A stretch of 32,000 nucleotides of DNA from Pyrobaculum sp. WP30 (GCA_001189275.1 CP012158.1:1323704-1355703), one strand, 5' to 3'. Positions 1-8,762 are shown, counted from the first letter of the stretch. The notes: generated from the sequence alone by a model not told the origin. Numbers and translations: made by a program.

Positions 1-1530
1 GGCAGAGACGTAGTCAACGTGGGCCATCTATGGGTATGGACGGCCTCCAGCGCCTGGAACCCGGTGCCGCAAGGCGGCTTCACCGACGTGTATTCAGTCG
101 ATTGGTACAGAATGATGTACGACCCAGCCATGTGGAACCATCCGTTCACCGGCGAGCCCATGCCGTTTAGAGCCGCTTACACAGTGGAGACCAAGGGCCC
201 AGACGGGCAGTTCGACGTACCAGCCGACGCCTATAGGTGGGACGCCAAACAGAAGGCTTGGGTGAGCGCAGGCGGCGCCAAGGCTAAGTCTAAGGTCGTG
301 ATTAACTACGCCAAGTACGTAGGCGCCAAGTGGCACCACGACCAGCCCATTAAGCTAGCCGATGTCCTCTACATATATGCCTTCTTATGGGACATCGCCA
401 ACGACCCACAGAAGGTGGCGAGGGAGTCCGGCGTCGCGTCTTACGTCAATGCAACTATGTCGCTGATTAAGGGCATCCGCGTGCTCAACGACACGGCAAT
501 GGAGGTGTATGTGGACTACTGGCACTTCGACCCCAACTACATAGCCGCTCAAGCGGTAATCACGCCCGACATGCCGTGGGAGGTGTACTACGCCGTTGAT
601 CAACTGGTGTACGCAAGACAGACATACGCGGCGTCTAGATCCGCCGCTACTAAGTACAACGTGCCGTGGCTCTCCCTAATTCTCAAAGACCATGCAAAGG
701 CGGCTTCCGACATTCTACAAGACGCGTTGAACAAGGGTTACTACCCGGAGAGCTGGTTCAAAATAGGCGACAAAGTGTTGCTAACCAAGGACGAGGCTCT
801 TGCCAGGTACAAGGCGTCGACTGAGTGGTACAGCAAATACAACCACATGATAATTTCGCAGGGGCCCTTCTACCTCTATGCCATAGACACCGCTAAGCAG
901 TACATAGAGCTGAGGGCGTATAGAGACCCCACATATCCCTATAAGCCCGGCGCCTTCTATTTCGGCGTGGCGACGCCGCTCACCATAAAGACAGTTAACG
1001 TGCCCACGGTGACCCCAGGCCAGTCCGCCTCGGCGTCTGTGTCTCTAGAAGTGCCGCAGGGCGCCGGCAGGATATACTACAAGTGGGGCATCATAGACGC
1101 CACCACCGGCAGATTCATCTACACATCGGCCGAGGCGTCTACCATGACGGCCCCCATCGCTATCACGGTGCCGGCCGATGTAACCTCTAAGCTAACCGCC
1201 AACAGGCCGTATAAGTTCTGGGTCCTCGCATATGCAGAAAACGTACCGATTGTGACCGAGGCCACGCAAGTCTTCGTGCCGAAAGCCGCCGCGCCTTCTC
1301 CAACGCCGACTACCACCACCCCGCCGACAACGCCTTCTCCAACGCCGACTGCCACCACTCCGACTACTGTGCCGTCGCCTACTGCAATAACCACTACGAC
1401 CGTAGCGCCGGCCACCGGCACCACTGAGGCGTTGGCCGCCAGCGTCGTCGGTATATTGGCGGTGCTTGGCGCTTTGGCTTTCGCCCTGAGGAGAAGAGGC
1501 GGAGGAGGCCAAGAGACTAAGACTAGATAG
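1..1530 (+). CDS. ABC transporter substrate-binding protein (family 5, peptide/oligosaccharide type), 5'-truncated by window edge
   Basis: Frame 1 is open from nt 1, so the gene starts upstream of the window. The body resembles a solute-binding protein. The C-terminus has a Thr/Pro-rich linker (PSPTPTTTTPPTTPSPTPTATTPTT), one hydrophobic anchor helix and a basic tail (RRRGGG), as in archaeal membrane-anchored binding proteins. Two permease genes follow directly. Confidence 0.8.
   Translation, partial: GRDVVNVGHLWVWTASSAWNPVPQGGFTDVYSVDWYRMMYDPAMWNHPFTGEPMPFRAAYTVETKGPDGQFDVPADAYRWDAKQKAWVSAGGAKAKSKVVINYAKYVGAKWHHDQPIKLADVLYIYAFLWDIANDPQKVARESGVASYVNATMSLIKGIRVLNDTAMEVYVDYWHFDPNYIAAQAVITPDMPWEVYYAVDQLVYARQTYAASRSAATKYNVPWLSLILKDHAKAASDILQDALNKGYYPESWFKIGDKVLLTKDEALARYKASTEWYSKYNHMIISQGPFYLYAIDTAKQYIELRAYRDPTYPYKPGAFYFGVATPLTIKTVNVPTVTPGQSASASVSLEVPQGAGRIYYKWGIIDATTGRFIYTSAEASTMTAPIAITVPADVTSKLTANRPYKFWVLAYAENVPIVTEATQVFVPKAAAPSPTPTTTTPPTTPSPTPTATTPTTVPSPTAITTTTVAPATGTTEALAASVVGILAVLGALAFALRRRGGGGQETKTR
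1292..1357 (+). repeat. Tandem 39-nt duplication inside the Thr/Pro linker of the binding protein
   Basis: cgccttctccaacgccgact[a/g]ccacca occurs at 1292-1318 and 1331-1357, encoding PSPTPT(T/A)TT twice. Confidence 0.7.
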
Positions 1531-1579
1531 ATCTATATAAACTCGCCGAAAGTTTTTTTAAACTTCTTATTCTTCAATC
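1519..1579. repeat. Inverted repeat copy A (61 nt), partner at 7528-7588
   Basis: aagactagatagatctatataaactcgccgaaagtttttttaaacttcttattcttcaatc equals the reverse complement of 7528-7588 apart from two 1-nt indels (manual alignment). It covers the last three codons and stop (KTR*) of the binding-protein gene and the TATA region of the permease gene. Confidence 0.9.
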
Positions 1580-1581
1580 CC

Positions 1582-2652
1582 ATGGCTTCTCTAACAAAGA
1601 CGCTCATAATCAAGGCGGTTTCTCTCGTGGTTGTTTTAATCGGGGTATTGGTTCTGTTAGCTGTGATCATGGGCGCAACTGGACTCTCGGACAAGATGCT
1701 GAAGTCGATGCTAACAGCGGAGGTACAGGAATACAAACAAATGCTCATCCGACAGGGCAAAGACCCCGAGGCGATACAGAAAGCCATTGAGGAGTATAAC
1801 AAAACTAGGGCAGAGGCGTTGGGGATAGACAAGCCGTGGTATGTGAGACTCCCGCAGTTGATCTACCGACTCCTTGTCCTAGACCTGGGGAACTCCCGTA
1901 CGCTTCAGTCGTCGTGGGGCTCAAACAAGATCTCAGACTTGATACTAGACAGGTTGCCTAATACCATCATCTTAACGACGACGGGGATATCTCTCACGGC
2001 GGTCGTAGGCATCTGGATAGGGCTATATATAGGCTCCAACATAGGGGGCAGAGCCGACAGAGTAGTCTCCATTCTATCGGCCGTCTCCTACGCCCTGCCG
2101 CTGTGGTTCGTAGGCCTCGTCTTAATACTCCTCTTGGCATACGCCCCCAAGATACTGTGGGGTGTCCAGATATTCCCCCCGGGCGGCATGGTGTCTATAC
2201 CGCCGCCGAAGGACCCAGTGGCCTACTTCCTCGACGTGTTGTGGCACTTGGCGTTGCCGTTGATAGCCTCTTTCATAGTTTTCTTCGGCGGCTGGGCCTA
2301 CTCCACTAGAAACATAGTCTTCAACGTCTCGCAAGAGGATTTCGTCAACTTCGCCCGCGCCAAAGGTCTGCCGGAGGGCGTGGTCAGAAGCCGCTACATC
2401 CTCCGCCCCTCCCTCCCGCCGATACTCACAAACCTAATCTTAAGCCTCGCCTTCTCGATATCTGGCTACATAATCACCGAGAGAGTCTTCAACTGGCCCG
2501 GCATGGGCTCGTTGTACTACGACGCAATAAGAGCCCTAGACGAACCCGTCATATTTGCCCTCACCTATGTATTTACGCTGGTTTACATAGTGGCTAGGTT
2601 CGTACTTGAGATACTCTACATAGTAGTAGATCCCAGAATTAGGCTGGCATGA
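1582..2652 (+). CDS. ABC transporter permease (DppB/OppB-like)
   Basis: 356-aa polytopic membrane protein with the binding-protein-dependent transport signature region (ARAKGLPEGVVRSRYILRPSLPPIL). ATG lies about 25 nt downstream of a T7AAA TATA-like element. Its stop overlaps the next gene start (ATGA). Confidence 0.9.
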   Translation: MASLTKTLIIKAVSLVVVLIGVLVLLAVIMGATGLSDKMLKSMLTAEVQEYKQMLIRQGKDPEAIQKAIEEYNKTRAEALGIDKPWYVRLPQLIYRLLVLDLGNSRTLQSSWGSNKISDLILDRLPNTIILTTTGISLTAVVGIWIGLYIGSNIGGRADRVVSILSAVSYALPLWFVGLVLILLLAYAPKILWGVQIFPPGGMVSIPPPKDPVAYFLDVLWHLALPLIASFIVFFGGWAYSTRNIVFNVSQEDFVNFARAKGLPEGVVRSRYILRPSLPPILTNLILSLAFSISGYIITERVFNWPGMGSLYYDAIRALDEPVIFALTYVFTLVYIVARFVLEILYIVVDPRIRLA

Positions 2653-4067
2653 TAGTCAAAGACTTCCTCAAAAGCCCCGCAGGCCTGGCGGGCACCATCA
2701 TCCTCATACTTTTCTCGTTAATATCTCTGTACGTAGTGGCCACCTTCCCGCTGAACTACGGCACTAAGTACTGGTCAAACCCAAAATACTGGGAAGACTA
2801 CCCCAAGCTCGTGCCCCCCGTTTGGCTTAACTACTTCGTGCCGTATAAACTGCCGCAACATTACGTCAACGACTTGACAAAACCTACAGAGGAGATAGGG
2901 AATGTAAAGAAATATATATTTACATATAATATCGACTCTGATAAATTCCCAACAGGCATAATACTTAAGTATATGAATCTTACATTTTATGGAGATGTTC
3001 CCGTAATTTCTCTTAAGGTAAAGAGACCAGACGGCAGAGAGGTGACGCTCATAGACTTCGACGGGGGCATACCGCCGCCTAGGCCAGGGGAAACTCCACC
3101 CTACGTACGGTTTGTCGAAAACTCACGTACCATAATACTGGCGGCAGATCCCCAGGCTATTAGGAAAGCCACCGCCTTTGCCAACGAGCTTGGCGTCACC
3201 TGCACCACCACAGATGTGCAACAAGCCGGGTTAGTCCCCTACATAGTACTCGGCGAACCGACCTCCAAGACCTGCGCCGCAGAGTCCTTCAAACCGCTCA
3301 AGGGGGAGTACGTCTTCGAGGTGGAGATGATAGGCGACCCCAGAGACCAGCTGGGGATGGTGAGGCTCGTTGTGCAGGGGGCGGTGTACGGCGCCATGGG
3401 GACTGACTACCTCGGACGAGACCTCGCCCAAGGCCTCCTGTTCGGTTTCCCCGTCGCCCTCTTCATAGGAGGCGTGGTGGCGTTGCTGGCCACCTTCATA
3501 GGCATGGCGTTGGGCATAATCAGCGGCTACATAGGGGGCAGGACAGACGAGGCGATTCAACGATTCGCCGACGTCATGAACAACCTGCCGACGCTACCCC
3601 TCCTCATCCTCCTCGTCTTCGTCCTAGGCCAAAAACTCATCAACATAATACTTGTCCTCGTCATATTCGGCTGGGCCGGCACAACCATCATCGTGAGGTC
3701 GATGGTGTTGAGCATAAGAAGCAGTCAATTCGTCGAGGCGGCGAAACTCGCCGGCGCCAGCAGGTGGTGGATAATGCGGCGGCACATACTGCCGCCCGTC
3801 CTCCCCTACTCCTTCGCCTTGATAATACTCAGCATACCAAGCGCAATACTGTCTGAGGCAAGCCTAAGCTTTCTGGGGCTGGGAGACCCCTCCATACCGA
3901 CTTGGGGCCAAATTTTACAACAAGCCTTCGACAACGGCGCTTTGCAGAACTTCGCGTGGTGGTGGATACTGCCGCCCGGCTTCTTGATTGTGTTGACAGC
4001 GGTGGGGTTTGTGCTTGTCTTCTTCGCGCTGGAGCCCCTGGTTAACCCGAGGCTTAGGAGGCAGTAA
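2649..4067 (+). CDS. ABC transporter permease (DppC/OppC-like) with a large extracytoplasmic insertion
   Basis: 472 aa. N-terminal TM helix, an extracellular segment of about 230 aa, then an OppC-type permease core (AAKLAGASRWWIMRRHILPPVLP). Confidence 0.9.
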   Translation: MIVKDFLKSPAGLAGTIILILFSLISLYVVATFPLNYGTKYWSNPKYWEDYPKLVPPVWLNYFVPYKLPQHYVNDLTKPTEEIGNVKKYIFTYNIDSDKFPTGIILKYMNLTFYGDVPVISLKVKRPDGREVTLIDFDGGIPPPRPGETPPYVRFVENSRTIILAADPQAIRKATAFANELGVTCTTTDVQQAGLVPYIVLGEPTSKTCAAESFKPLKGEYVFEVEMIGDPRDQLGMVRLVVQGAVYGAMGTDYLGRDLAQGLLFGFPVALFIGGVVALLATFIGMALGIISGYIGGRTDEAIQRFADVMNNLPTLPLLILLVFVLGQKLINIILVLVIFGWAGTTIIVRSMVLSIRSSQFVEAAKLAGASRWWIMRRHILPPVLPYSFALIILSIPSAILSEASLSFLGLGDPSIPTWGQILQQAFDNGALQNFAWWWILPPGFLIVLTAVGFVLVFFALEPLVNPRLRRQ

Positions 4068-4077
4068 ATTTAAAAAG
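4064..4077 (+). promoter_or_regulatory. BRE/TATA element for rps13
   Basis: gtaaatttaaaaag begins about 28-32 nt upstream of the GTG at 4096. The same aaa-tttaaaaa pattern recurs upstream of many genes in this window. Confidence 0.55.
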
Positions 4078-4095
4078 TGGCTCTTCTCGGCTTTT

Positions 4096-4557
4096 GTGTC
4101 TCAGGAGATACGCGCCATAGTCCGCATAGGAGATACAGACCTAGACGGGAATAAGCAGGTGGCCTACGCCCTCGCCAAGATAAGGGGGATCGGGACAGCG
4201 TCTGCCTACGCCATCTGTTGGAAGCTGGGCATAGACCCACACGCAATCCTCGGCGCGTTGCCGGAGGACCAGATAAACAAGCTCGACTGGGCCGTCAGGA
4301 ACCTCCACGAGCTGGCGCCGTCCTGGTTCCTCAACAGGAGGAAGGACCCAGAGACGGGGAGGGAGATGCACCTAATAGGCTCAGAGCTCGTCTTGGCCGC
4401 CAGGAGAGACGTCGACCTTATGAAGAAGCTCAAGAGCTGGAAGGGCGTTAGGCACTCCCTCGGCCTTAAGGTCAGAGGCCAGAGGACCGTCACCACCGGC
4501 AGATTCGGCGCGACTGCCGGCGTCACTAAGAAAAAGGCGGCGCCTGGAGGCAAGTAA
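4096..4557 (+). CDS. rps13: 30S ribosomal protein S13 (uS13)
   Basis: IRAIVRIGDTDLDGNKQVAYALAKIRGIGTASA is typical of archaeal S13. I take the in-frame GTG at 4096, just downstream of the TATA, as the start. The ORF-track start at 4009 lies inside the preceding permease gene. Confidence 0.9.
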   Translation: MSQEIRAIVRIGDTDLDGNKQVAYALAKIRGIGTASAYAICWKLGIDPHAILGALPEDQINKLDWAVRNLHELAPSWFLNRRKDPETGREMHLIGSELVLAARRDVDLMKKLKSWKGVRHSLGLKVRGQRTVTTGRFGATAGVTKKKAAPGGK

Positions 4558-4569
4558 AAATTTAAAAAT
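4557..4569 (+). promoter_or_regulatory. BRE/TATA element for rps4
   Basis: aaaatttaaaaat lies about 22-34 nt upstream of the ATG at 4591. Confidence 0.5.
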
Positions 4570-4590
4570 CGGCCTGTACGGAGCGGTGGT

Positions 4591-5070
4591 ATGGGCGGTT
4601 TAAAAAAGCCAAAGAAGAAGTACCTCGCCGGGAAGCCTAAGAAGATCTGGAACAAGCAACTGCTTCTGGAGGAGCTCCAGCTGGTGGGCGAATACGGCCT
4701 GAGGAACAAGAAAGAGCTGTGGCTAGCCAGGGCACATCTAAAGCGGATAACGAGGCGCGCCCGCTCGTTGCTGTCTATGACGGCCGAGGAGCGGGCCCCC
4801 CTTGAGATGCCCTTCAAAGAAAGGCTCCACAAGATGGGCTTCATAGAAGACCCCAACGTCCCCCTGGATAGAATACTGTCGCTAGACGTCAGGGCTGTTC
4901 TTGAGAGGAGGCTACAGACCATGGTATACAGGATGGGCCTCGCCAAGTCGATACACCACGCGAGGCAACTGATAGTACACGGCCATGTGCTCGTCGCCGG
5001 GAGGAGGATGACGTCACCCGGCTTTCTGGTCCCCAGGGAGCTTGAAGACAAGATTTCCCTCGCTCAGTGA
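4591..5070 (+). CDS. rps4: 30S ribosomal protein S4 (uS4)
   Basis: 159 aa. Basic N-terminus (KKPKKKY), then an S4 RNA-binding domain (RLQTMVYRMGLAKSIHHARQLIVHGHVLVAGRRMTSPGFLV). Confidence 0.9.
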   Translation: MGGLKKPKKKYLAGKPKKIWNKQLLLEELQLVGEYGLRNKKELWLARAHLKRITRRARSLLSMTAEERAPLEMPFKERLHKMGFIEDPNVPLDRILSLDVRAVLERRLQTMVYRMGLAKSIHHARQLIVHGHVLVAGRRMTSPGFLVPRELEDKISLAQ

Positions 5071-5972
5071 GGCCCGTAGTCGCGGTACACGGGGGCGCAG
5101 GCCGTTGGGACGTAGACGAGGAGAGGAGGAGGGCCGCTCTCAAGGCCCTGAGAGAGGCCGTTGAGGCCGGGCTGACCGCCGCAGAGAGGGGCGACGCCGT
5201 AGACGCCGTGGTGGCCGCCGTGGAGCACATGGAGAAAAGCGGCGTGTTCAACGCCGGCTACGGCGCTGTCTACGCCATAGACGGGAGGGCGTACCTCGAT
5301 GCTGGAGTCATGGACGGCAGGTCTGGGAGGGCTGGCGCCGTGGCCGCGGTGGAAGCCGTGAAGAGTGCCGTGAGGCTGGCTAGGTTCGTGATGGAGCATA
5401 CAGATCATGTAATTGTGGCGGGAGAAGGCGCGAGGCTCCTCGCCGCCAAGGCAGGTCTGCTCGACACGTATCACAAATTCTTCAGCGAGGAGAAAAACAG
5501 GAGGTTCCGAGAGGTTCTGGAGGAGGCTCGGCGCGGCAACTGGCGCTACAAGAAGGTGGTGGAGCTCGCCGGCGACACCGTCGGCGCGGTTGCGTTGGAC
5601 AGAGACGGCAACCTGGCCGCCGCAACCTCCACGGGCGGGGTCTGGCTAAAGTGGCCCGGCAGGATGGGGGATAGCCCCATCCCCGGCGCTGGATACTACG
5701 CGGAAAACGGAGTCGGCGCCTTCAGCGCGACGGGGATCGGCGAGGTGATAATACTATCCCTCCTCTCCTACCGGGCGCGGAACGAGCTTCTAAAAACCGG
5801 CGACGTTGCACAAGCCGTGAAAAACGCGGTGCAGCTGGTCACGGCGGTCCACGGGCCCGATACGGCGGGCCTAATCGGGCTAGACGCCAGGGGCAACCCC
5901 GCCTATGCCTACAACACAAAAGCCATGGCAAGGGGCTGGGGAAAACAAGGCGAGATTTACGTTGATCTTTAA
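5067..5972 (+). CDS. Isoaspartyl peptidase / plant-type L-asparaginase (Ntn hydrolase)
   Basis: VHGGAG at the N-terminus and the autoprocessing site GDTVGAVALDRDGNLAAATSTGG. The GTG start overlaps the rps4 stop (GTGA). Confidence 0.85.
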   Translation: MRPVVAVHGGAGRWDVDEERRRAALKALREAVEAGLTAAERGDAVDAVVAAVEHMEKSGVFNAGYGAVYAIDGRAYLDAGVMDGRSGRAGAVAAVEAVKSAVRLARFVMEHTDHVIVAGEGARLLAAKAGLLDTYHKFFSEEKNRRFREVLEEARRGNWRYKKVVELAGDTVGAVALDRDGNLAAATSTGGVWLKWPGRMGDSPIPGAGYYAENGVGAFSATGIGEVIILSLLSYRARNELLKTGDVAQAVKNAVQLVTAVHGPDTAGLIGLDARGNPAYAYNTKAMARGWGKQGEIYVDL

Positions 5973-6172
5973 CTCCGCTTCCGCCACGTCTTCGTGTCAG
6001 GGTCGAACTTAAAACCCATCTTCTTAAGCTCGTTGATCGTGGCCCTGAACTGGGACTCGGGAAGCCTCCTCCCTTTGCCCACCCTCACCACGATCTCCCC
6101 CTCCTCCTCCGTATACTCCACAGGCAACTTCTGAAGATTCTCCTCAATGTTCTGCCTCTTCTTCTCGTTCAT
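5969..6172 (-). CDS. Small charged hypothetical protein (67 aa)
   Basis: ORF with coding-like composition, convergent with and overlapping the asparaginase stop by 4 nt. No family recognised. Confidence 0.45.
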   Translation of the reverse strand: MNEKKRQNIEENLQKLPVEYTEEEGEIVVRVGKGRRLPESQFRATINELKKMGFKFDPDTKTWRKRS

Positions 6173-6204
6173 TACGCCCAGTTTGGAGGGAGTATAAAAA
6201 TGTT

Positions 6205-6564
6205 TTAGAAAAGCCGAGATATTTTCACAATCCTCCGCCTCGCCAGCTCAAGAGCCCAGGAAGGTAGCTCGAACCTTTTCAGCACATAATCCACAAGCCT
6301 CTCAACTTCATCGCAGTCGGACCCGCCCTGCTCTCTGCAGAGCTTCACGAGGAACTTAGACCTAGCCTCAAAGAGCTCCGGCGTCATCTTCACACGTCTG
6401 CAACCGTGGTCGTAGGTGAAGCCCCTCTCGAGATCCCTCATGTGGAGGTGCAGATGAGCCGCGGCCTTGGCCAGATCCATCCTACCGCCCTCCACATACA
6501 TCCCCTCCATCATGGCGTAGCAACTCTGAACCCCCGAGTAGATCGACCTCCCCTCCACAGCCAC
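6205..6564 (-). CDS. Hypothetical Cys-containing protein; start uncertain (GTG 6564 or ATG 6513)
   Basis: The ORF-track start at 6633 would overlap the divergent DUF72 gene and its TATA. The in-frame GTG at 6564 sits about 15-25 nt downstream of the minus-strand A/T element at 6571-6589. Confidence 0.45.
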   Translation of the reverse strand: MAVEGRSIYSGVQSCYAMMEGMYVEGGRMDLAKAAAHLHLHMRDLERGFTYDHGCRRVKMTPELFEARSKFLVKLCREQGGSDCDEVERLVDYVLKRFELPSWALELARRRIVKISRLF

Positions 6565-6570
6565 CCCACC

Positions 6571-6589
6571 CTTATAAAGATAAAAAATC
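6571..6589. promoter_or_regulatory. Shared A/T-rich bidirectional TATA region
   Basis: cttataaagataaaaaatc lies between the divergent starts at 6564 (-) and 6599 (+). Confidence 0.45.
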
Positions 6590-6598
6590 AACAGACAC

Positions 6599-7309
6599 GT
6601 GCAAGTGTTAGTGGGGACCTGCGGCTTCCCCACCTCCAGAAAGACCTTATACAGCGCCCTCGACGCCGTAGAATTGCAGGAGACCTTTTACAACATGCCA
6701 AACCCCGACAAGATGGTGCAACTACGCAGGGAGGCGCCCGACTTCCACTTCACGGCAAAGGTCTTCCAAGGTCTCACACACCCACCAGACAGCCCCACGT
6801 ATAGAAGGACGCGGGGCTTCAAACCCACCCAAAACCATGGCTCCCTAAAACCCACCAGAGAAAACTTCGAACTCTGGCAACAATACACAGAGGCGGTAGC
6901 TCCCCTACAGCCCGAGGTGTTGGTGTTCCAGACGCCGCCCAGCCTAAAACCCGAGCCGCACATCTACGACTTCTTCACAACCATCACCGGCAGGTGGAGG
7001 CTGTCCTGGGAACCCCGCGGCGAGACGTACAAAGACCCAAGGCTCATACAGAAGGTGGCCGAACTAGGCGTGGTAATAGCGCTGGACCCCCTCAAGAGAG
7101 ATCCGCTACCCTCTGCGCTACAGTACTTTAGACTCCACGGGGTAGGCAAGGGCGAGGTCAACTACCGCTACAAGTACACCGAGGACAACCTACGCAAACT
7201 CGTCTCCGTTGTGCGAAGCCTCAAGGCAGAGGCCGTCTACGTCATGTTTAACAACGTCTACATGCACCAAGACGCCTTGCGGTTCAAGCAACTACTTAAC
7301 GCCACATAA
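6599..7309 (+). CDS. DUF72 (UPF0759) family protein
   Basis: VGTCGFPTSRKTLYSALDAVELQETFYN and later FHFTAKVFQGLTH follow the DUF72 pattern. GTG start. Confidence 0.75.
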   Translation: MQVLVGTCGFPTSRKTLYSALDAVELQETFYNMPNPDKMVQLRREAPDFHFTAKVFQGLTHPPDSPTYRRTRGFKPTQNHGSLKPTRENFELWQQYTEAVAPLQPEVLVFQTPPSLKPEPHIYDFFTTITGRWRLSWEPRGETYKDPRLIQKVAELGVVIALDPLKRDPLPSALQYFRLHGVGKGEVNYRYKYTEDNLRKLVSVVRSLKAEAVYVMFNNVYMHQDALRFKQLLNAT

Positions 7310-7340
7310 CGAGCACCACCAGGCCCTGAAGACGCGGCTT

Positions 7341-7421
7341 GATAGGCGATTTCCCAACTCGACACGCGGCGGTATACGTCCAGGATTTGTCTGATTACGT
7401 GTCCGCTCTGAAACGCCTATC
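7341..7421. other. Long imperfect hairpin in an orphan non-coding segment
   Basis: gataggcgatttc (7341-7353) pairs with gaaacgcctatc (7410-7421): 12 bp with one bulge. An inner stem pairs gacacg (7361-7366) with cgtgtc (7398-7403). The internal loop is 7/6 nt and the apical loop 31 nt. Confidence 0.4.
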
Positions 7422-7527
7422 GCCATGCACAGAAGGGCATGATTCTGCGAGAAGATACGGCGTATAAATCCACCAGCACATGCCATCCATCTTTCCGCTT
7501 TACGTCCTTTTACATCACGTAGTGTGA

Positions 7528-7588
7528 GATTGAAGAATTAAGAAGTTTAAAAAACTTTCGGCGAGTTTATATAGATCTATCTAGTCTT
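7528..7588. repeat. Inverted repeat copy B (61 nt), partner at 1519-1579
   Basis: The reverse complement matches copy A except for one fewer T in the T-run and one extra A. It covers the last three codons and stop (KTR*) of the minus-strand gene 7577-8329. Confidence 0.9.
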
Positions 7589-8329
7589 CAAATAGGGGCT
7601 CAGGTAGAAGTAGGCCGAGTCGCCGGTTTGCCAGTTGTCGGGTCTGTCGTGTACGTAGACGCACCTGCTGCCGTTTGCAACGGCCTTCTGCACGACATAG
7701 TCCACCTTGTCCGGCGGCGTGTTTAGAACAATTGTGCACACTCTGTCGGGCGTCACAGAGGAGTAGTCCAGGTATCTGAAGTTTACGTACTCCTCCAGGG
7801 GCGACTCAAACACCCAGATCTTATCTGCAATGTTGAAGAAAGTCGGGTCTATGTTGGTGCCGGGATTAAGCACGACGTACCTACCAAGGCTCTTGGCTCT
7901 ACTATATATCGAAGAGTAGTAGCCATAGGTCTCCAGACTTGTGGACACCTCGTCTATCAAGAAGCCGTCAACGTTGTAGAACCTTATCCACCTGTCCATC
8001 TCTGAGTATATCGTCTCCAAGCTTCTCCTTCCGTAGGAGCTGTACATATAGCCCAGCACCTTGAAGCCCTTCTGCTTAAGCCTGCTGATGATAGAGGCGT
8101 ATGTGGAGTCCACCGAAGAGCCGGGCCCGCTGTCCACGTTGACCACCACCCACACCTCCTTGTCTGTGGTGAGGTTTAGCAACTTCCCCCATTCCTGTTC
8201 ATAGTCGCAACACGGGTAGGAATACAGCGGCACGATGTACACTGCGACACTCTTCGTAGCTTTCACGGTTGCCAAGAACACCGCAGTGACCAAAGCCACC
8301 ACCACTAACGCCACCAACAGATATCTCAC
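7577..8329 (-). CDS. Spherulation-specific family 4 (spherulin-4-like) exported protein
   Basis: N-terminal signal/anchor helix, then VYIVPLYSYP...WVVVNVDSGPG...VLGYMYSSYGRR...DGFLIDEV, which matches the Spherulin4 motif order. Minus-strand TATA (atttatataga) lies just upstream of the start. Confidence 0.7.
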   Translation of the reverse strand: MRYLLVALVVVALVTAVFLATVKATKSVAVYIVPLYSYPCCDYEQEWGKLLNLTTDKEVWVVVNVDSGPGSSVDSTYASIISRLKQKGFKVLGYMYSSYGRRSLETIYSEMDRWIRFYNVDGFLIDEVSTSLETYGYYSSIYSRAKSLGRYVVLNPGTNIDPTFFNIADKIWVFESPLEEYVNFRYLDYSSVTPDRVCTIVLNTPPDKVDYVVQKAVANGSRCVYVHDRPDNWQTGDSAYFYLSPYLKTR

Positions 8330-8661
8330 GGCCTCCGAAACAACTTATCTATATAAATCCTTTGAGACCTGCACCACGCCTCCAAGCGTCGCTACACATG
8401 CGTCCACCAGCCTTAACAATAAAATCGGCATTTTAAATCGGCCTATCGGACATTTGGAATCACACGTCAATCTCTATGGACAGCGCAACAGAGTACAGAG
8501 AAGCGTCGCGGAGCTACCCGGCGGCAACACAAGGATCAGAGGATCCGACAAACACGTAAATGCCCCGGCTCGCTGCTAGGTGCTGCCAGCTTGGCGTCGC
8601 CGCGGAGCGGGCAAGACCGGCGGCACCGACACCTACGTGCAAAGCCCGGCAGAAAGACAGG

Positions 8662-8762
8662 CGGGCCCGGTGGGATTCGAACCCACGACCTACGGGTTAA
8701 AAGCCTCGGCGGACCGGGCGGCTGGGTCCTCCGCCGCTCTAACCGGGCTGAGCTACGGGCCC
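8662..8762 (-). tRNA. tRNA-Lys (anticodon UUU) with one 26-nt non-canonical intron in the anticodon stem
   Basis: Manual fold of the reverse complement: GGGCCCG TA GCTC AGCCCGGTTA GAGC G GCGG[AGGACCCAGCCGCCCGGTCCGCCGAG]G CTTTTAA CCCGT AGGTC GTGGG TTCGAAT CCCAC CGGGCCC G. The intron sits near position 30/31 and CCA is not encoded. Confidence 0.85.

Noticed and set aside
4009-4095. N-terminal extensions suggested by the ORF track for rps13 (4009). The same issue affects the permease (12098), HAD (9565), the radical SAM gene (26990), glyS (16395), nitroreductase (20594) and arcadin-1 (21359).
   Set aside because: Each extension overlaps the upstream gene or contains the gene's own TATA element. 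Internal starts about 25-30 nt downstream of the TATA give N-termini that match the family.
4206-5051. 281-aa ORF on the minus strand
   Set aside because: It is antisense to rps13 and rps4. The Ser/Leu/Arg/Pro-rich low-complexity translation is typical of shadow frames in GC-rich coding DNA, with no promoter or family signal.
7292-7486. 64-aa minus-strand ORF in the orphan segment
   Set aside because: It overlaps the DUF72 3' end, has atypical codon usage for this genome and no recognisable motif. The region is reported as non-coding with a hairpin instead.
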